Source: Polyangiaceae bacterium
GTDB lineage: Bacteria; Myxococcota_A; Polyangia; Polyangiales; Polyangiaceae
Length of the DNA stretch: 64,000 bases
Assembly (NCBI GenBank): GCA_020846005.1
Contig: JADLEQ010000081.1
Span: 8,783 to 72,782 of the forward strand
Direction of reading: 5' to 3'
Both the position numbers and the translations under genes were made by a program. Below the pieces are notes generated by a model that saw nothing but the letters and a program-made list of their open reading frames with translations, had not been told where the DNA came from and searched no databases. Positions 63,715 through 64,000 of this stretch are shown here, piece by piece (position 1 is the stretch's first letter; each line of letters starts with the position of its first letter).

Positions 63715-64000
63715 ATGGCCATCGAGACCTCGACCCCGAAGAAGGCGCCCGCGAGGCAGGCGCCCGCGAAGCAGGCGCCGGCGAAGCAGGCGTCCGCGAA
63801 GCAAGCGCCGGCGAAGCAGGCGTCCGCGAAGCAGGCGCCGGCGAAGCAGGCGTCCGCGAAGCAGTCGCCCGCGAAGCAGTCGCCCGCGAAGCAGTCGCCC
63901 GCGAAACAGGCGCCCGCGAAGCAGTCGCCCGCGAAGCAGGCCGCGACCGGCCGAGACGCGGCGCGCGTCGCGCGCCCGGTCGCCGAGGGAGAGCGGGCGC
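63715..64000 (+). CDS. Lys/Ala/Pro/Gln pentapeptide-repeat (AKQAP) basic protein, histone-H1/AlgP-like (partial; runs off the window end)
   Basis: Absent from the ORF track because there is no in-window stop. ATG at 63715 (or the in-frame GTG at 63706, overlapping the kinase stop as GTGA). The sequence is MAIETSTPKKAPARQAPAKQAPAKQASAKQAPAKQASAKQ... Confidence 0.6.
   Translation, partial: MAIETSTPKKAPARQAPAKQAPAKQASAKQAPAKQASAKQAPAKQASAKQSPAKQSPAKQSPAKQAPAKQSPAKQAATGRDAARVARPVAEGERA
63751..63945 (+). repeat. 15-bp in-frame tandem repeat (GCGAAGCAGGCGCCG variants, about 13 copies)
   Basis: Read directly. It encodes the AKQ[AS]P pentapeptide units of the partial CDS. Confidence 0.9.

Overview
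Very GC-rich chromosomal segment (roughly 70% GC or more by eye, not computed). It looks like a Myxococcota genome, probably Polyangia/Sorangiineae-like, because it has a MYXO-CTERM-type sorting tail, many lipobox proteins with Gly/Ala/Ser/Thr linkers and Cys-rich domains, and a eukaryote-like Ser/Thr kinase. I support about 52 CDS, one tRNA-Leu(CAA), three tandem-repeat arrays and one sigma70-like promoter.

Most of the window is core housekeeping:
- gltA
- glgC-glgA
- an M16 peptidase pair
- lepA
- rluB
- pepP
- lgt
- the elongasome cluster mreB-mreC-mreD-mrdA-rodA
- sodB
- three-subunit sdhCAB

Many genes are translationally coupled through GTGA, ATGA or TGATG overlaps. I saw no transposase, integrase, CRISPR or recognisable defence island.

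The accessory-looking part runs from about 37.5 to 57.7 kb and holds the most interesting items:
1. A membrane pyrophosphatase (M-PPase) homologue whose catalytic acidic residues appear replaced. It is coupled by a 1-nt TGATG overlap to a SWIM-zinc-finger SNF2 ATPase.
2. A bacterial METTL9/DREV-like methyltransferase at the end of a 4-gene operon with a GMC oxidoreductase and a His-rich polytopic membrane protein.
3. A two-RRM RNA-binding protein downstream of a 13-bp-period G-rich array.
4. An array of about 14 GTCGCCGGG motifs beside tRNA-Leu.
5. A lipoprotein of about 1826 aa with about 14 propeller-like repeats, Cys-rich repeats and a MYXO-CTERM tail.

All homology calls are motif recognition by eye from the supplied translations. 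Nothing was searched or computed. The high GC content creates many long spurious shadow ORFs, so gene starts are often internal to the ORFs in the supplied track.
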